From Acidimicrobiia bacterium (GTDB taxonomy: Bacteria; Actinomycetota; Acidimicrobiia; Spongiisociales; Spongiisociaceae): DNA of 60,337 nucleotides. Of the stretch, positions 48,295-57,305 are shown in pieces. The notes beneath the pieces were generated by a model. It saw nothing but the letters and a program-made list of their open reading frames with translations, ran no database searches and had not been told where the DNA came from. The position numbers and the translations under genes were made by a program. The stretch is taken from the NCBI GenBank assembly GCA_041576165.1, contig JBFGLM010000030.1:1-60337 (forward strand), given 5' to 3'. Numbering within the stretch: the stretch's first letter is position 1; every line of letters begins with the position of its first letter.

Positions 48295-48410
48295 CGGGGC
48301 CTCCTCCGATCAGCCTGCACGCCGCCGAGGCACCATACCGGCCGTTCCGGCCCCGGGCACCCCCAAGGGCAATATTCATCCAGCCTCAGCGCCCGCTTCG
48401 TAGTATTGCC

Positions 48411-48863
48411 ATGATCCACCTCAAAGAGATTGTCGAGGTTCCTCGCCCCAGGGCAGACGCGTTCGCCTACGTTGCCGACTTCACGACCACGATGGAATGG
48501 GATCCGGGCATTTCTCACGCCGAGCAACTGTCCCCGGAGGGACCCGGACTGGACTGTCGCTACGAGGTAACCGCAGTCTTCAACGGCAACGAGCGACGGC
48601 TCACATATGTGACCGAGGTTTACGAACCGCCTGAGCGCGTCGTATTCCGCGGCGGAGACCGCCGATTTGAGAGCGTCGACACCATCACCTTCGAGACCAT
48701 GGAAAACGGCACGCGCATCATCTACGCCGCGGACTTCCGGATGAAGGGACTGCTGGCGGTCCTGGAGCCGATGCTACGGAATCGGTTCCAGAAGGTTGCC
48801 CGGAAGGGTGCATCTGGCCTGGCTGCCGCGCTGGAAGGCATCCGCGTCGAGCGCGCCGTCTGA
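48411..48863 (+). CDS. SRPBCC/START family protein
   Basis: AFAYVADF....EWDP, YEPPERVVF, GTRIIY. Confidence 0.85.
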   Translation: MIHLKEIVEVPRPRADAFAYVADFTTTMEWDPGISHAEQLSPEGPGLDCRYEVTAVFNGNERRLTYVTEVYEPPERVVFRGGDRRFESVDTITFETMENGTRIIYAADFRMKGLLAVLEPMLRNRFQKVARKGASGLAAALEGIRVERAV

Positions 48864-48887
48864 GCCGTTCCGGTGATGCGAAGCCGG

Positions 48888-50570
48888 TCAGTGATCGGAA
48901 GACTCGATCTCATCCGGTAGAACGAACCAGCGCAGGGATTCGAAGTGCTCAGACACCTCCACCCGGTCGCACGGCTGACGTGCGGTGTCCGATGCCCCTT
49001 CCAGTATTGACTTGGCGTCGGCAAGAAAAGCACTCAGCTCTTCGTCTCCGGCTGTCGCTCTATGGTCGCGGTGCCGGACGCCGCCGGCCGTGAACTCCAC
49101 GTCACGAAGACTCATTGGTGGTTCTACCAGCCCGTCCTTGTGCCGCCATAGACCGGTGGCCACCTCGAAGCGGTAGTCGGGCAGCAGCTTCCATCCATCC
49201 GAGGCCACCATCTCGACAGCCGACAGGATGTACTCGAATACGGGCTCGGTGATGAAGTAGTTGAAGTTGACCCTGACCCAGCCAGGTTTGATCCCTTCAC
49301 AGCCCAGCACGATCTCGCGTTCGAACTCGTGCGACGTTTCGAGATCGATACCCAGCAGGCGGTGTCCGTAGGGTCCGGCGCAACTGCACCCGCCGCGGGA
49401 CTGCACACCGAAGAGGTCATTGAGCACCGCCACTACGAAGTTGTGGTGGAGGTGTTTGCTGCCATGCCGGAGGACGAAAGAGACGATCGACAGTCGTTCC
49501 GCCTCGTGGTTGCCCAGAATCTCGATGTTCGGATGCCGGCGCCACCGCTCGATAGCTCGATGCACGAACCCCTCTTCCAGCTCTCGAATGCGCTCCGGAC
49601 CTACGGATTCTTTGAGCTTGAATACCAGCCCGCACCTGATCGACTCAACGATTGCGGGCGTGCCGCCCTCCTCGCGATGCTCGATGTCGTCGAGGTAGCG
49701 ATGCTCGAGCGAATTGACGTAGCTCACGGTGCCGCCCCCCGGTACCGAAGGCACTCGGTTGTCGAACAGCTCCTTGCGTGCGATCAAAACCCCAGGGGTG
49801 CCCGGACCTCCGATCATCTTGTGCGGCGAGATGAATATGGCGTCTTTGTATGCGAGCGGCTCGTCCGCCATCTCGATGTCGATTGCAACGTACGGGGCCG
49901 CCGCTGCGAAGTCCCAGAAAGAGAGCGCCCCGTACTCATGCAGCAGCCGGGCGATGGCACGGGTGTCGCTGATGATTCCGGTGACGTTCGACGCCGCGGA
50001 AAAGCTGCCGATCCGGAGCGGCCGGTTGACGTGGGTGATCAGCTCCTTCTCGAGGGTGTCCAGATCGATGTGTCCATCGCGGTCCTCGGGAATGATCACG
50101 ACATCGGCAATCGACTCCCGCCAGGGCAACTCATTCGAGTGATGCTCGTAGGGGCCGACGAACACAACCGGGCGCTCTTCCAGCGGGATCAGCGCCGAGA
50201 GTCCATACTGCTCGTCGAGTTGCTGGGGGACACGCAGTCCCAGCACCCGGATCAAACGATCAATGGCTCCGGTCGACCCGGAGCCACTGAAGATCACCGC
50301 ATAGTCGTCACCCGCACGACAACACTCGCGAATGATTTGACGCGCATCCTCCCGGAAGCGCGTGGTCTGGAGGCCGGTTCCCGACGACTCGGTGTGGGTG
50401 TTGGCGTACAAGGGCAGGACTGCAGTACGGATGTAGTCCTCGATGAACGACAACGACCGGCCCGAGGCCGTGTAGTCGGCATACACGACCCGGCGGGCTC
50501 CGTACGGCCCGTTGACGACCTCGTGTTCACCGATGATCGAGGACCTGATCAGGTCAAGGACGTCATTCAT
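48888..50570 (-). CDS. Class V PLP-dependent aminotransferase (cysteine desulfurase-like)
   Basis: YADYTASGR, YANTHT, EHHSN, SNVTG, SPHK, EGGTP, RGGCSCAGPY; leaderless ATG 7 nt after TACCAT. Confidence 0.92.
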   Translation of the reverse strand: MNDVLDLIRSSIIGEHEVVNGPYGARRVVYADYTASGRSLSFIEDYIRTAVLPLYANTHTESSGTGLQTTRFREDARQIIRECCRAGDDYAVIFSGSGSTGAIDRLIRVLGLRVPQQLDEQYGLSALIPLEERPVVFVGPYEHHSNELPWRESIADVVIIPEDRDGHIDLDTLEKELITHVNRPLRIGSFSAASNVTGIISDTRAIARLLHEYGALSFWDFAAAAPYVAIDIEMADEPLAYKDAIFISPHKMIGGPGTPGVLIARKELFDNRVPSVPGGGTVSYVNSLEHRYLDDIEHREEGGTPAIVESIRCGLVFKLKESVGPERIRELEEGFVHRAIERWRRHPNIEILGNHEAERLSIVSFVLRHGSKHLHHNFVVAVLNDLFGVQSRGGCSCAGPYGHRLLGIDLETSHEFEREIVLGCEGIKPGWVRVNFNYFITEPVFEYILSAVEMVASDGWKLLPDYRFEVATGLWRHKDGLVEPPMSLRDVEFTAGGVRHRDHRATAGDEELSAFLADAKSILEGASDTARQPCDRVEVSEHFESLRWFVLPDEIESSDH

Positions 50571-50614
50571 GCTCCCAATGGTACGGTTCCGAGCCGCCCA
50601 ATTGCGCTGGAATC

Positions 50615-51871
50615 TCAATTCCCAGCGGGGTTGTCGCTGCGAGGGCAGATGACCTGAAGCTCGATCTCATCCGAGATGACATTTGCGTCCGCCCCTATCA
50701 CACCCACGTTTGCAACCCACAACCGGCCCACGTAGTCCGCGATGTCCGCCACGGATGGGTCGGGTCGAGGCGAGAGGTGCGGGCAGTCTACGAACTCGGC
50801 ATACGCTCCTCCGACGAGCAGCCCGGCCGCGATCCGCCACAGCGAGTCGCCGGGTTCGACCCTCATGCGGCCGTCGCCTCCCACATATTCGGTCGACAAG
50901 TGAGCATCGATCCGGCCATCTGCGGCGTCCACCAACGCGCCAACCCAAGAAAACCCCGGTTCGCCGGCGAGCTGCAGGACCGCCCCAACCTCGGCCGCCA
51001 CCTGCTCCAACGGTTCGATTCCGTGTGGGTCGTCGGCCGCCTGATGCTCGTCGAGAGCCGCCAGCGCCTGGTTGGCCCGATCGCGAGCTTGCTCGAGCTC
51101 CGCCACAGCGACCTCGAGCTGGTCCTGGATGCGAGCGAGAGCAGACGCGGCCTGGTCCGCAGTGGTCTCTGCCTCCCGCGCCGCCGCCTGAGCATTGTTC
51201 GCGACAACGGCCCCTGTGCCGGCGACCGCTGATGCAACCACCACTGCGCCTGCCAGAGGAGCGACGAGCGCGGACCTGGCGGCCGACGTGAGCTGTCCGG
51301 CAGCCAGCGACAGGGCACGGACCTCCCCGGGAATCGCACCGGTGGCGGCCACCTCGCCGATGTATCGACGAATCGCCCGCCGAGCGCGGAGATTCAGCAT
51401 GCGCGCGAGACCTTGGATCCGGCGGGTGATCTCCCGCTCCACACTGTTGGTCGCCTCCCGGACCAAACCCCGGACCTCGTCGTGAACCTGGGCTTTGACC
51501 CGACCGGCACCGGCCTCGAGCTCAACCTGCGCGGCGCCGGCCGCACCTTTGATCCCGGCCTCGACCTCGGCCCGCAGCGCCTGCGACAGCTCCCGCACGC
51601 GAGCCCACACGATACGGGCGTCCGGGCTGGTCAGCTCGACTGCGGTCGAGTCGGCGGCTCCCAGTTCGGCCAGGGTGGCCGATGGTGGCCAGACTTCATC
51701 GGACCCGGCCGCTGTCAGGTCGTAGCGCAACGGTCCACCGGCCGGGGTGGTGCGTGGCAATCCGTGGGTGGCGACCAAACCGTCGACTACCTCAGAGACC
51801 GTGGCCGACCGCTCGGCTCGTACCTCGACGTCTGTGTCACGCACTCGGTCTCGCACCACCAGAGTGATCAT
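50615..51871 (-). CDS. Hypothetical protein: YukD/EsaB-like ubiquitin domain, coiled coil, TM, C-terminal LysM-like domain
   Basis: N-term TVSEVVDGLV...GLP...PLRYDL...TLAELG..D; C-term VEPGDSLWRIA...LWVAN..VIG.DANVI; GGAGG RBS. Confidence 0.65.
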   Translation of the reverse strand: MITLVVRDRVRDTDVEVRAERSATVSEVVDGLVATHGLPRTTPAGGPLRYDLTAAGSDEVWPPSATLAELGAADSTAVELTSPDARIVWARVRELSQALRAEVEAGIKGAAGAAQVELEAGAGRVKAQVHDEVRGLVREATNSVEREITRRIQGLARMLNLRARRAIRRYIGEVAATGAIPGEVRALSLAAGQLTSAARSALVAPLAGAVVVASAVAGTGAVVANNAQAAAREAETTADQAASALARIQDQLEVAVAELEQARDRANQALAALDEHQAADDPHGIEPLEQVAAEVGAVLQLAGEPGFSWVGALVDAADGRIDAHLSTEYVGGDGRMRVEPGDSLWRIAAGLLVGGAYAEFVDCPHLSPRPDPSVADIADYVGRLWVANVGVIGADANVISDEIELQVICPRSDNPAGN

Positions 51872-52022
51872 CAGCGCAGTACCTCCCCATCCGACCTGGA
51901 CGTGCGGAGCTTAGGTGCCGGCCGGCCGAACGGCCGGGGACTCGATCATCACAGAGCGGCGCCAGCCGCAGCCGATCCCCGACATGGCACAATGGCGGCC
52001 ATCGCAACGCGAGGTCTCGCCC

Positions 52023-53207
52023 ATGACTGAATCCCGCCGGCACGGAACCGTGAACCCACACGATTTCCTCGAGATCGACGAGCTGCTCACCGCAGAGGAG
52101 CGGCTCCTGCGCGACACCGTACGCCGCCTGGTTGACGAACAGATCCAGCCGCACGTCGCCGAGTGGTTCGAGGCCGGCGCGATGCCGCTCGAGCTGATTC
52201 CGGAGTTGGGCAAGCTGGGCCTGTTCGGCATGCACCTCGACGGGTATGGATGTGCCGGCTCCAGCGCAGTCGATTACGGCCTGGCGTGCATGGAATTGGA
52301 GGCGGGGGACAGCGGAATCCGCAGTCTTGTGTCCGTCCAGGGCTCGCTGGCGATGTTCCCGATCTGGGCGTACGGGTCGGAGCAGCAGAAGGAGGAGTGG
52401 CTTCCCCGGATGGCAACAGGCGAGATAATCGGCTGCTTCGGGCTGACCGAATCCGATGCAGGCTCCGACCCGGCCGCGATGCGCACCCGGGCCCGGCGCG
52501 ACGGGTCGGACTGGGTGATCACCGGGTCAAAGATGTGGATCTCCAACGGACCGTTTGCGTCGGTGGCCATCGTGTGGGCTCGCACCGAGGACGGCGTTGC
52601 CGGCTTCATCGTCCCCACCGACAGCCCCGGCTTCTCGGCCCCCGAGATCAAAGGGAAACTCTCGCTACGGGCTTCAAAGACGTCGGAGCTGGTACTCGAG
52701 GATGTGCGCGTGCCCGACGAGTTCCGCCTGCCCGGGGTTGGCTCGATGCGCGGTCCACTGTCATGCCTGTCCGAGGCGAGATACGGCATCGCCTGGGGAG
52801 CCATGGGTGCCGCCCGCACCTGCTACGAAACGGCCCTCGCGTATGCCAAGGACCGTGTCCAGTTCGACAAGCCAATCGCCTCATTCCAACTCACCCAGCG
52901 CAAGCTGGTCGACATGATGGTCGCGGTGAACCGCGGGTCGCTGGTCGCGCTGCACATGGGCCGCATGAAGGATGGGGGCACGCTGGCGCCGGAACATGTT
53001 TCCTTCGGCAAATACGACAACGTACGTAATGCGCTGGAGGTCGCCCGCTCCGCCCGTTCGATCCTGGGCGCGAATGGGATCACTCTGGAGTATCCGGTGT
53101 TCCGGCACATGGCAAACCTCGAGACGGTCTACACCTATGAGGGGACTAACGAAATCCACACGCTGATCCTGGGTCACGCAATCACGGGTTACTCGGCGTT
53201 TGGCTGA
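52023..53207 (+). CDS. Acyl-CoA dehydrogenase (glutaryl-CoA dehydrogenase-like)
   Basis: DSGIRS.VSVQ, GCFGLTE, GSKMWISN, ARYGIAWG, TYEGT. Confidence 0.93.
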   Translation: MTESRRHGTVNPHDFLEIDELLTAEERLLRDTVRRLVDEQIQPHVAEWFEAGAMPLELIPELGKLGLFGMHLDGYGCAGSSAVDYGLACMELEAGDSGIRSLVSVQGSLAMFPIWAYGSEQQKEEWLPRMATGEIIGCFGLTESDAGSDPAAMRTRARRDGSDWVITGSKMWISNGPFASVAIVWARTEDGVAGFIVPTDSPGFSAPEIKGKLSLRASKTSELVLEDVRVPDEFRLPGVGSMRGPLSCLSEARYGIAWGAMGAARTCYETALAYAKDRVQFDKPIASFQLTQRKLVDMMVAVNRGSLVALHMGRMKDGGTLAPEHVSFGKYDNVRNALEVARSARSILGANGITLEYPVFRHMANLETVYTYEGTNEIHTLILGHAITGYSAFG

Positions 53208-54498
53208 GCCGAGGGAGGACACGCTGGAGCGGAGTGTGCTCGTCGAGCGCACTCCGTTTTTCTACGGCTGGCTGATCCTCGGGGCCACCACCCTGACCAC
53301 CATGGCCACGTTGCCGGGCCAGACGGTCGGCATCTCCGTTTTCCTCGACGGCATGATCGAGGACCTTGGATCGAATCGCTCCGTGGTCGCCAGCCTGTAC
53401 ACGGCGGCCACGCTCGCCGGCGCCATGATCCTCCCCGTTGTCGGCCGGTTTGTCGATCGGCGAGGGCCGCGCCTGGGTGTCGCGATCGTGGGTGCCGGCC
53501 TCACTCTCGCTTGTCTGCTTATGAGTGCCGCTGGAACTCTGGTGGTGCTGGCCTTCGGCTTCTTCGGGCTACGGGCGATGGGACAGGGCTCACTCACGTT
53601 GGTGAGCCAGTACACGGCCAATCAATGGTTCGTCCGGCGCCGGGGACTCGCGCTGGGCATGTCGGTCGCCGGGTTCTCGCTCGGTGTAGCGCTGGTGGGC
53701 CCTGTCTTCACCTCGCTCTCGGATCAGTTCGGCTGGCGCGGCTCCTACCGAGTGCTGGCACTGGCAGTCTTCGTGATTGTGGGCGCCGCCGGGGTGGGGA
53801 TCTTCCGGAACCGGCCTGAGGTGTACGGCCTGGAGCCGGACGGCGGCGCCGCACCTGCGCTGCGCCCGGGTGTCTCCCAGTCCGAGCCGTCTACTTCGGC
53901 GGTAGCGGCACGCCAGACCGCCATCTTCTGGCTGTTCACGCTCGGAACTGCGACAACGTCGGCGCTCGGGACCGGTCTCCAGTTCCACCATTTCTCAATA
54001 CTGCAAACTGCAGGGATCGATCGAACCACAGCCGCGCTGTTCTTCGTACCGTTTGGTCTCACTTCAGGAATCGCCACGCTGCTGTCGGGGTGGCTCGTCG
54101 ATCGGTTTCCCCACCGGTATGTGCTCGCTGCTTCTCAGGCGTGTTTGGTCCTGGCGCTGTGGGGAGCGCCGGTGCTCGGCAATGGCGCCCAGGTCGTGGC
54201 ATACGGCATGGTCGTCGGCGCGATGTTGGGGATGGCGGGCAATGTCGCCGCTACCGTCTACGCCCACCATTTCGGCCGTCGCCATCTGGGTGAAATCAAA
54301 GGGGTTGCGTCCACGTTCACGATCGCGGCTTCGGCCCTGGGTCCACTGCCCTTTGCTCTCGGATTCGATCTCGCCGGCGGCTATCTGGAAGTCCTACGTG
54401 GATCGGCCTTGATCCCGCTCGGCATCATCGCGTGGGCGCTCAGGATCCGGGTCGGGCCGGGGGCTCGGCCGGAATCGGTCGAGCCTGGCGGCGCCTGA
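53200..54498 (+). CDS. MFS transporter
   Basis: FFYGW, GRFVDRRGPR motif A, WF.RRRG, about 12 TM. Confidence 0.92.
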   Translation: MAEPREDTLERSVLVERTPFFYGWLILGATTLTTMATLPGQTVGISVFLDGMIEDLGSNRSVVASLYTAATLAGAMILPVVGRFVDRRGPRLGVAIVGAGLTLACLLMSAAGTLVVLAFGFFGLRAMGQGSLTLVSQYTANQWFVRRRGLALGMSVAGFSLGVALVGPVFTSLSDQFGWRGSYRVLALAVFVIVGAAGVGIFRNRPEVYGLEPDGGAAPALRPGVSQSEPSTSAVAARQTAIFWLFTLGTATTSALGTGLQFHHFSILQTAGIDRTTAALFFVPFGLTSGIATLLSGWLVDRFPHRYVLAASQACLVLALWGAPVLGNGAQVVAYGMVVGAMLGMAGNVAATVYAHHFGRRHLGEIKGVASTFTIAASALGPLPFALGFDLAGGYLEVLRGSALIPLGIIAWALRIRVGPGARPESVEPGGA

Positions 54499-55645
54499 AA
54501 CCCAGCATCGTGAGCATCGCCAGCGCGAATATCAGCGTCACTGCGGTGAACCCGGGCAGATAGGTCCCGAGCTGATCCACCGACCAGCCGAAGATCGGCG
54601 GCGCCAAGCCCAGGCCGGCGAAGAACCCCATCAACACAATGCCCGAGGCGCGGCCGGCAGATCTCGCACCGGCTTCCACGATGACCGAGAGCATCGCAAC
54701 CGAATTCCATGCAGAGATGCTGAGGAAGCCGAGGATTGCGGAGACCCACAGCATTGCAACACCTACCGGCTCGGCCAAGATCGTTGCGACGCCGGCCGTG
54801 ACCGCAATCGCCGCAATCGCCGACAGCGGTCCTGCAAACTCTCCGCGGCGCTCGCTCACGATGCTCCACGCGATGCGGGCGAATACTCCGATCAGCGCCG
54901 TCGATCCCACTATGAGGCCGGCGTACTGCTCACTGACGCCTACCGCTTCCACTCCGTACAGCGGGAGAAAAGAGAAGACGGGACTGCCGCCGAGACCCAT
55001 GAGGAACGCATAGAGCGCGATCCACCAGGTGGAGGGCGGCAGCGGTCCTGCGGCGACGGGAGCTTCGCCCGGCTCGACCGGGTGGTGCGGAAGTGCCCAC
55101 CAGGCGGTGACAAAAACCAGGCCGAGGGCGGCTGCCAGGAGCAAAGGTACACCTCTCCAGCCGAGCACCCCGGCGAATGCGGGAAACGTGACACCACCCA
55201 CGAACGTGCCGGCCTGCACTCCCGACTGCTTGATCCCTGTGACCAGACCCCGCCGGCCTCCGACGACTTCGTGGGCGATCATCTTGTTGGTCGCGGGGTT
55301 GGCCAGTGACTGCCCAACCCCGACAACCGCTGCGGCTGCGATCATCGCCAGTACACCGGGCGCCCCAGCGAACCCGGCAAAGCCAACCGAGGTCGCAGCG
55401 AAGATCGCCAGCATCCCCACACGGGCACCGATGCGATCGGCTATGCGCCCGATGACTGGTGACGTCAGAGCGCTTATCACTGCGTAGAGGCCCAGGACCC
55501 ATCCCAGCTGAGCCCGGGTGATTCCCAGGTCCTCGATGATGAAGCTCGCCAGGACGCCGACGAGGGTGTAGAGAATCGTGCCTGCCGCCATGGCCACGGG
55601 TAGCAGACCGATCGTTATTCGGTAGTTCCAGTGCGGTCCACTCAC
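54440..55645 (-). CDS. MFS transporter
   Basis: GRIADRIGAR, NPATN, GIKQSG; about 12 TM; TAACGT -10 6 nt before GTG. Confidence 0.92.
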   Translation of the reverse strand: MSGPHWNYRITIGLLPVAMAAGTILYTLVGVLASFIIEDLGITRAQLGWVLGLYAVISALTSPVIGRIADRIGARVGMLAIFAATSVGFAGFAGAPGVLAMIAAAAVVGVGQSLANPATNKMIAHEVVGGRRGLVTGIKQSGVQAGTFVGGVTFPAFAGVLGWRGVPLLLAAALGLVFVTAWWALPHHPVEPGEAPVAAGPLPPSTWWIALYAFLMGLGGSPVFSFLPLYGVEAVGVSEQYAGLIVGSTALIGVFARIAWSIVSERRGEFAGPLSAIAAIAVTAGVATILAEPVGVAMLWVSAILGFLSISAWNSVAMLSVIVEAGARSAGRASGIVLMGFFAGLGLAPPIFGWSVDQLGTYLPGFTAVTLIFALAMLTMLGFRRRQARPIPAEPPARPGS

Positions 55646-55786
55646 TTGGGCACGTTAGCTCCAGTACGCTCGGCGGTATGGAGCGAGCTCACTGATCACC
55701 TTTGCGGCGAGGCGAGTTTTGCGGCCTCGTGGGGTTGGGTGGGTGACGCCAGAGATGCGTATTGCGGAATCGGGCCTTCTGAGCAG

Positions 55787-56989
55787 ATGACGGGGCCATT
55801 TCCCACCCGCGACATAGTGGTGCTGGGCCTAGTGACCATCGCAGCCTACGGCGCGTGGTATTACTCGTTTGGAGTGCTCCTGGATCCAATCCTGGATGAC
55901 ACCGGCTGGTCGGAAAGCTGGCTCAGTGGAGGGTTTTCGATAGCGTTCGCAGCGGGTGGAGTGATGGCGATACCGGCAGGGCGGCTGCTGGATCGGGTCG
56001 GGAGCCGGCCGGTGTTTCTCATCGCTGCGTGCGTCTCCACTGCGTCATTCGTGACGGCGGCGTCAGCAAGGAGTTTGCTCGTCTTCACGGTGGCGAGCGC
56101 CATCGGCGGAGCCACCCTCGGCGGGTTGGGTTTCTATCACATCACGCAAACCACTGCGGTGCGGGCCGCTCCCCGCGATCCGGCCCGGGCGATTGCTCTC
56201 CTGACCGTCATCGGTGCCTTCTCGAGCACGATCTACGTGCCGTTGTCTGCCTTTCTGGTCACCCAGACGAACTGGCGCTGGACAATCCGAGTACTGGCCG
56301 GCATCACGGGTGCCGTGCTGGTTTTGGGCGCCTCGAGCGTGGTCGAGCGGGAACGGCCGGTCCTCTCCCGAGAGCGTTTCCGCGTCTCGGACGATCTGGC
56401 GAGGCCCGAAGTGAGGCGATTCGTCATCGCTGCTGCGATCGTGGGGTTGGCGGTGGGAGTCATTCTCGTCTATCAGGTACCACTCATGACCGCCGCTGGC
56501 CTGCCGATCACGACTGCGGCGTGGGTGGCAGGCGCCCGCGGGCTGGCGCAGATCACGGGAAGGGTCCCGCTGCCGTGGATCATTCATCGGCTCGGGGCGC
56601 GCGGTGCCCTCCGCGTGGCATTCGGGGCAATCACTGTGGGCGTAGCGACGCTGGCGTTTGCCGGCAACGTGCTCCTTGCCGGGCTCTACGCCCTCGTCGC
56701 CGGTTTCGGCATCGGCGCGACGTCGCCCCTCCAGGGCATCTACACCGACGAGCTGGTGGAGCGGGCCAGCCTCGGAGCGTCAATGGGCGCCATGACCACT
56801 GTCTTTGCAATCACTGCGGCAACCGGTCCGGCGATTGTCGGAATACTGGCCGACGCCACTGGAAGTCGCTGGTGGGGCGTCATCATCGCCGTTTGTGCCG
56901 GAGTGGCGGCGACGGCGCTCCTCAGGCCCGGCCCGACCCCGTCACGCCGTCCGACCCGTCGGCCCCCGGCAGGCCGCCACCCCAGCTAG
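55787..56989 (+). CDS. MFS transporter
   Basis: GRLLDRVGSR motif A; about 12 TM; start chosen at ATG 55787. Confidence 0.9.
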   Translation: MTGPFPTRDIVVLGLVTIAAYGAWYYSFGVLLDPILDDTGWSESWLSGGFSIAFAAGGVMAIPAGRLLDRVGSRPVFLIAACVSTASFVTAASARSLLVFTVASAIGGATLGGLGFYHITQTTAVRAAPRDPARAIALLTVIGAFSSTIYVPLSAFLVTQTNWRWTIRVLAGITGAVLVLGASSVVERERPVLSRERFRVSDDLARPEVRRFVIAAAIVGLAVGVILVYQVPLMTAAGLPITTAAWVAGARGLAQITGRVPLPWIIHRLGARGALRVAFGAITVGVATLAFAGNVLLAGLYALVAGFGIGATSPLQGIYTDELVERASLGASMGAMTTVFAITAATGPAIVGILADATGSRWWGVIIAVCAGVAATALLRPGPTPSRRPTRRPPAGRHPS

Positions 56990-57305
56990 TCCTCTCCTCA
57001 ACCGTGGTCTTGTCCACGGGCCCGACGCCGATGTCCAACCGCCCTCTGCTTGGCGACGCTGGCGCCTGCGCCCACAAAAGTGCGACACCGGTCATTTCCA
57101 CTGTGAGCAGATCGGTTGGGCAAGGTGCCGAGAAGTCCGCTATGTTGCACCTAGTTGGGGGCCGATTCGGGGCATTCGGGGAGACAAGGGGGGCATCGTG
57201 ATGCGTACCAGCTCACTCCGCTCAGCCGGCACCTCAGGGAACAGCCCAGAGCGAGATGGAGTCGCGTGGTCGAGCTTCTCCTTCTCAGGCTAAGGAGGGA
57301 GTTAT

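Noticed and set aside
57170-57295. Tandem glycine riboswitch (CTCAGG occurs twice)
   Set aside because: Lacks the GGAGA...CCGAAG core in both putative aptamers and the downstream gene does not fit.
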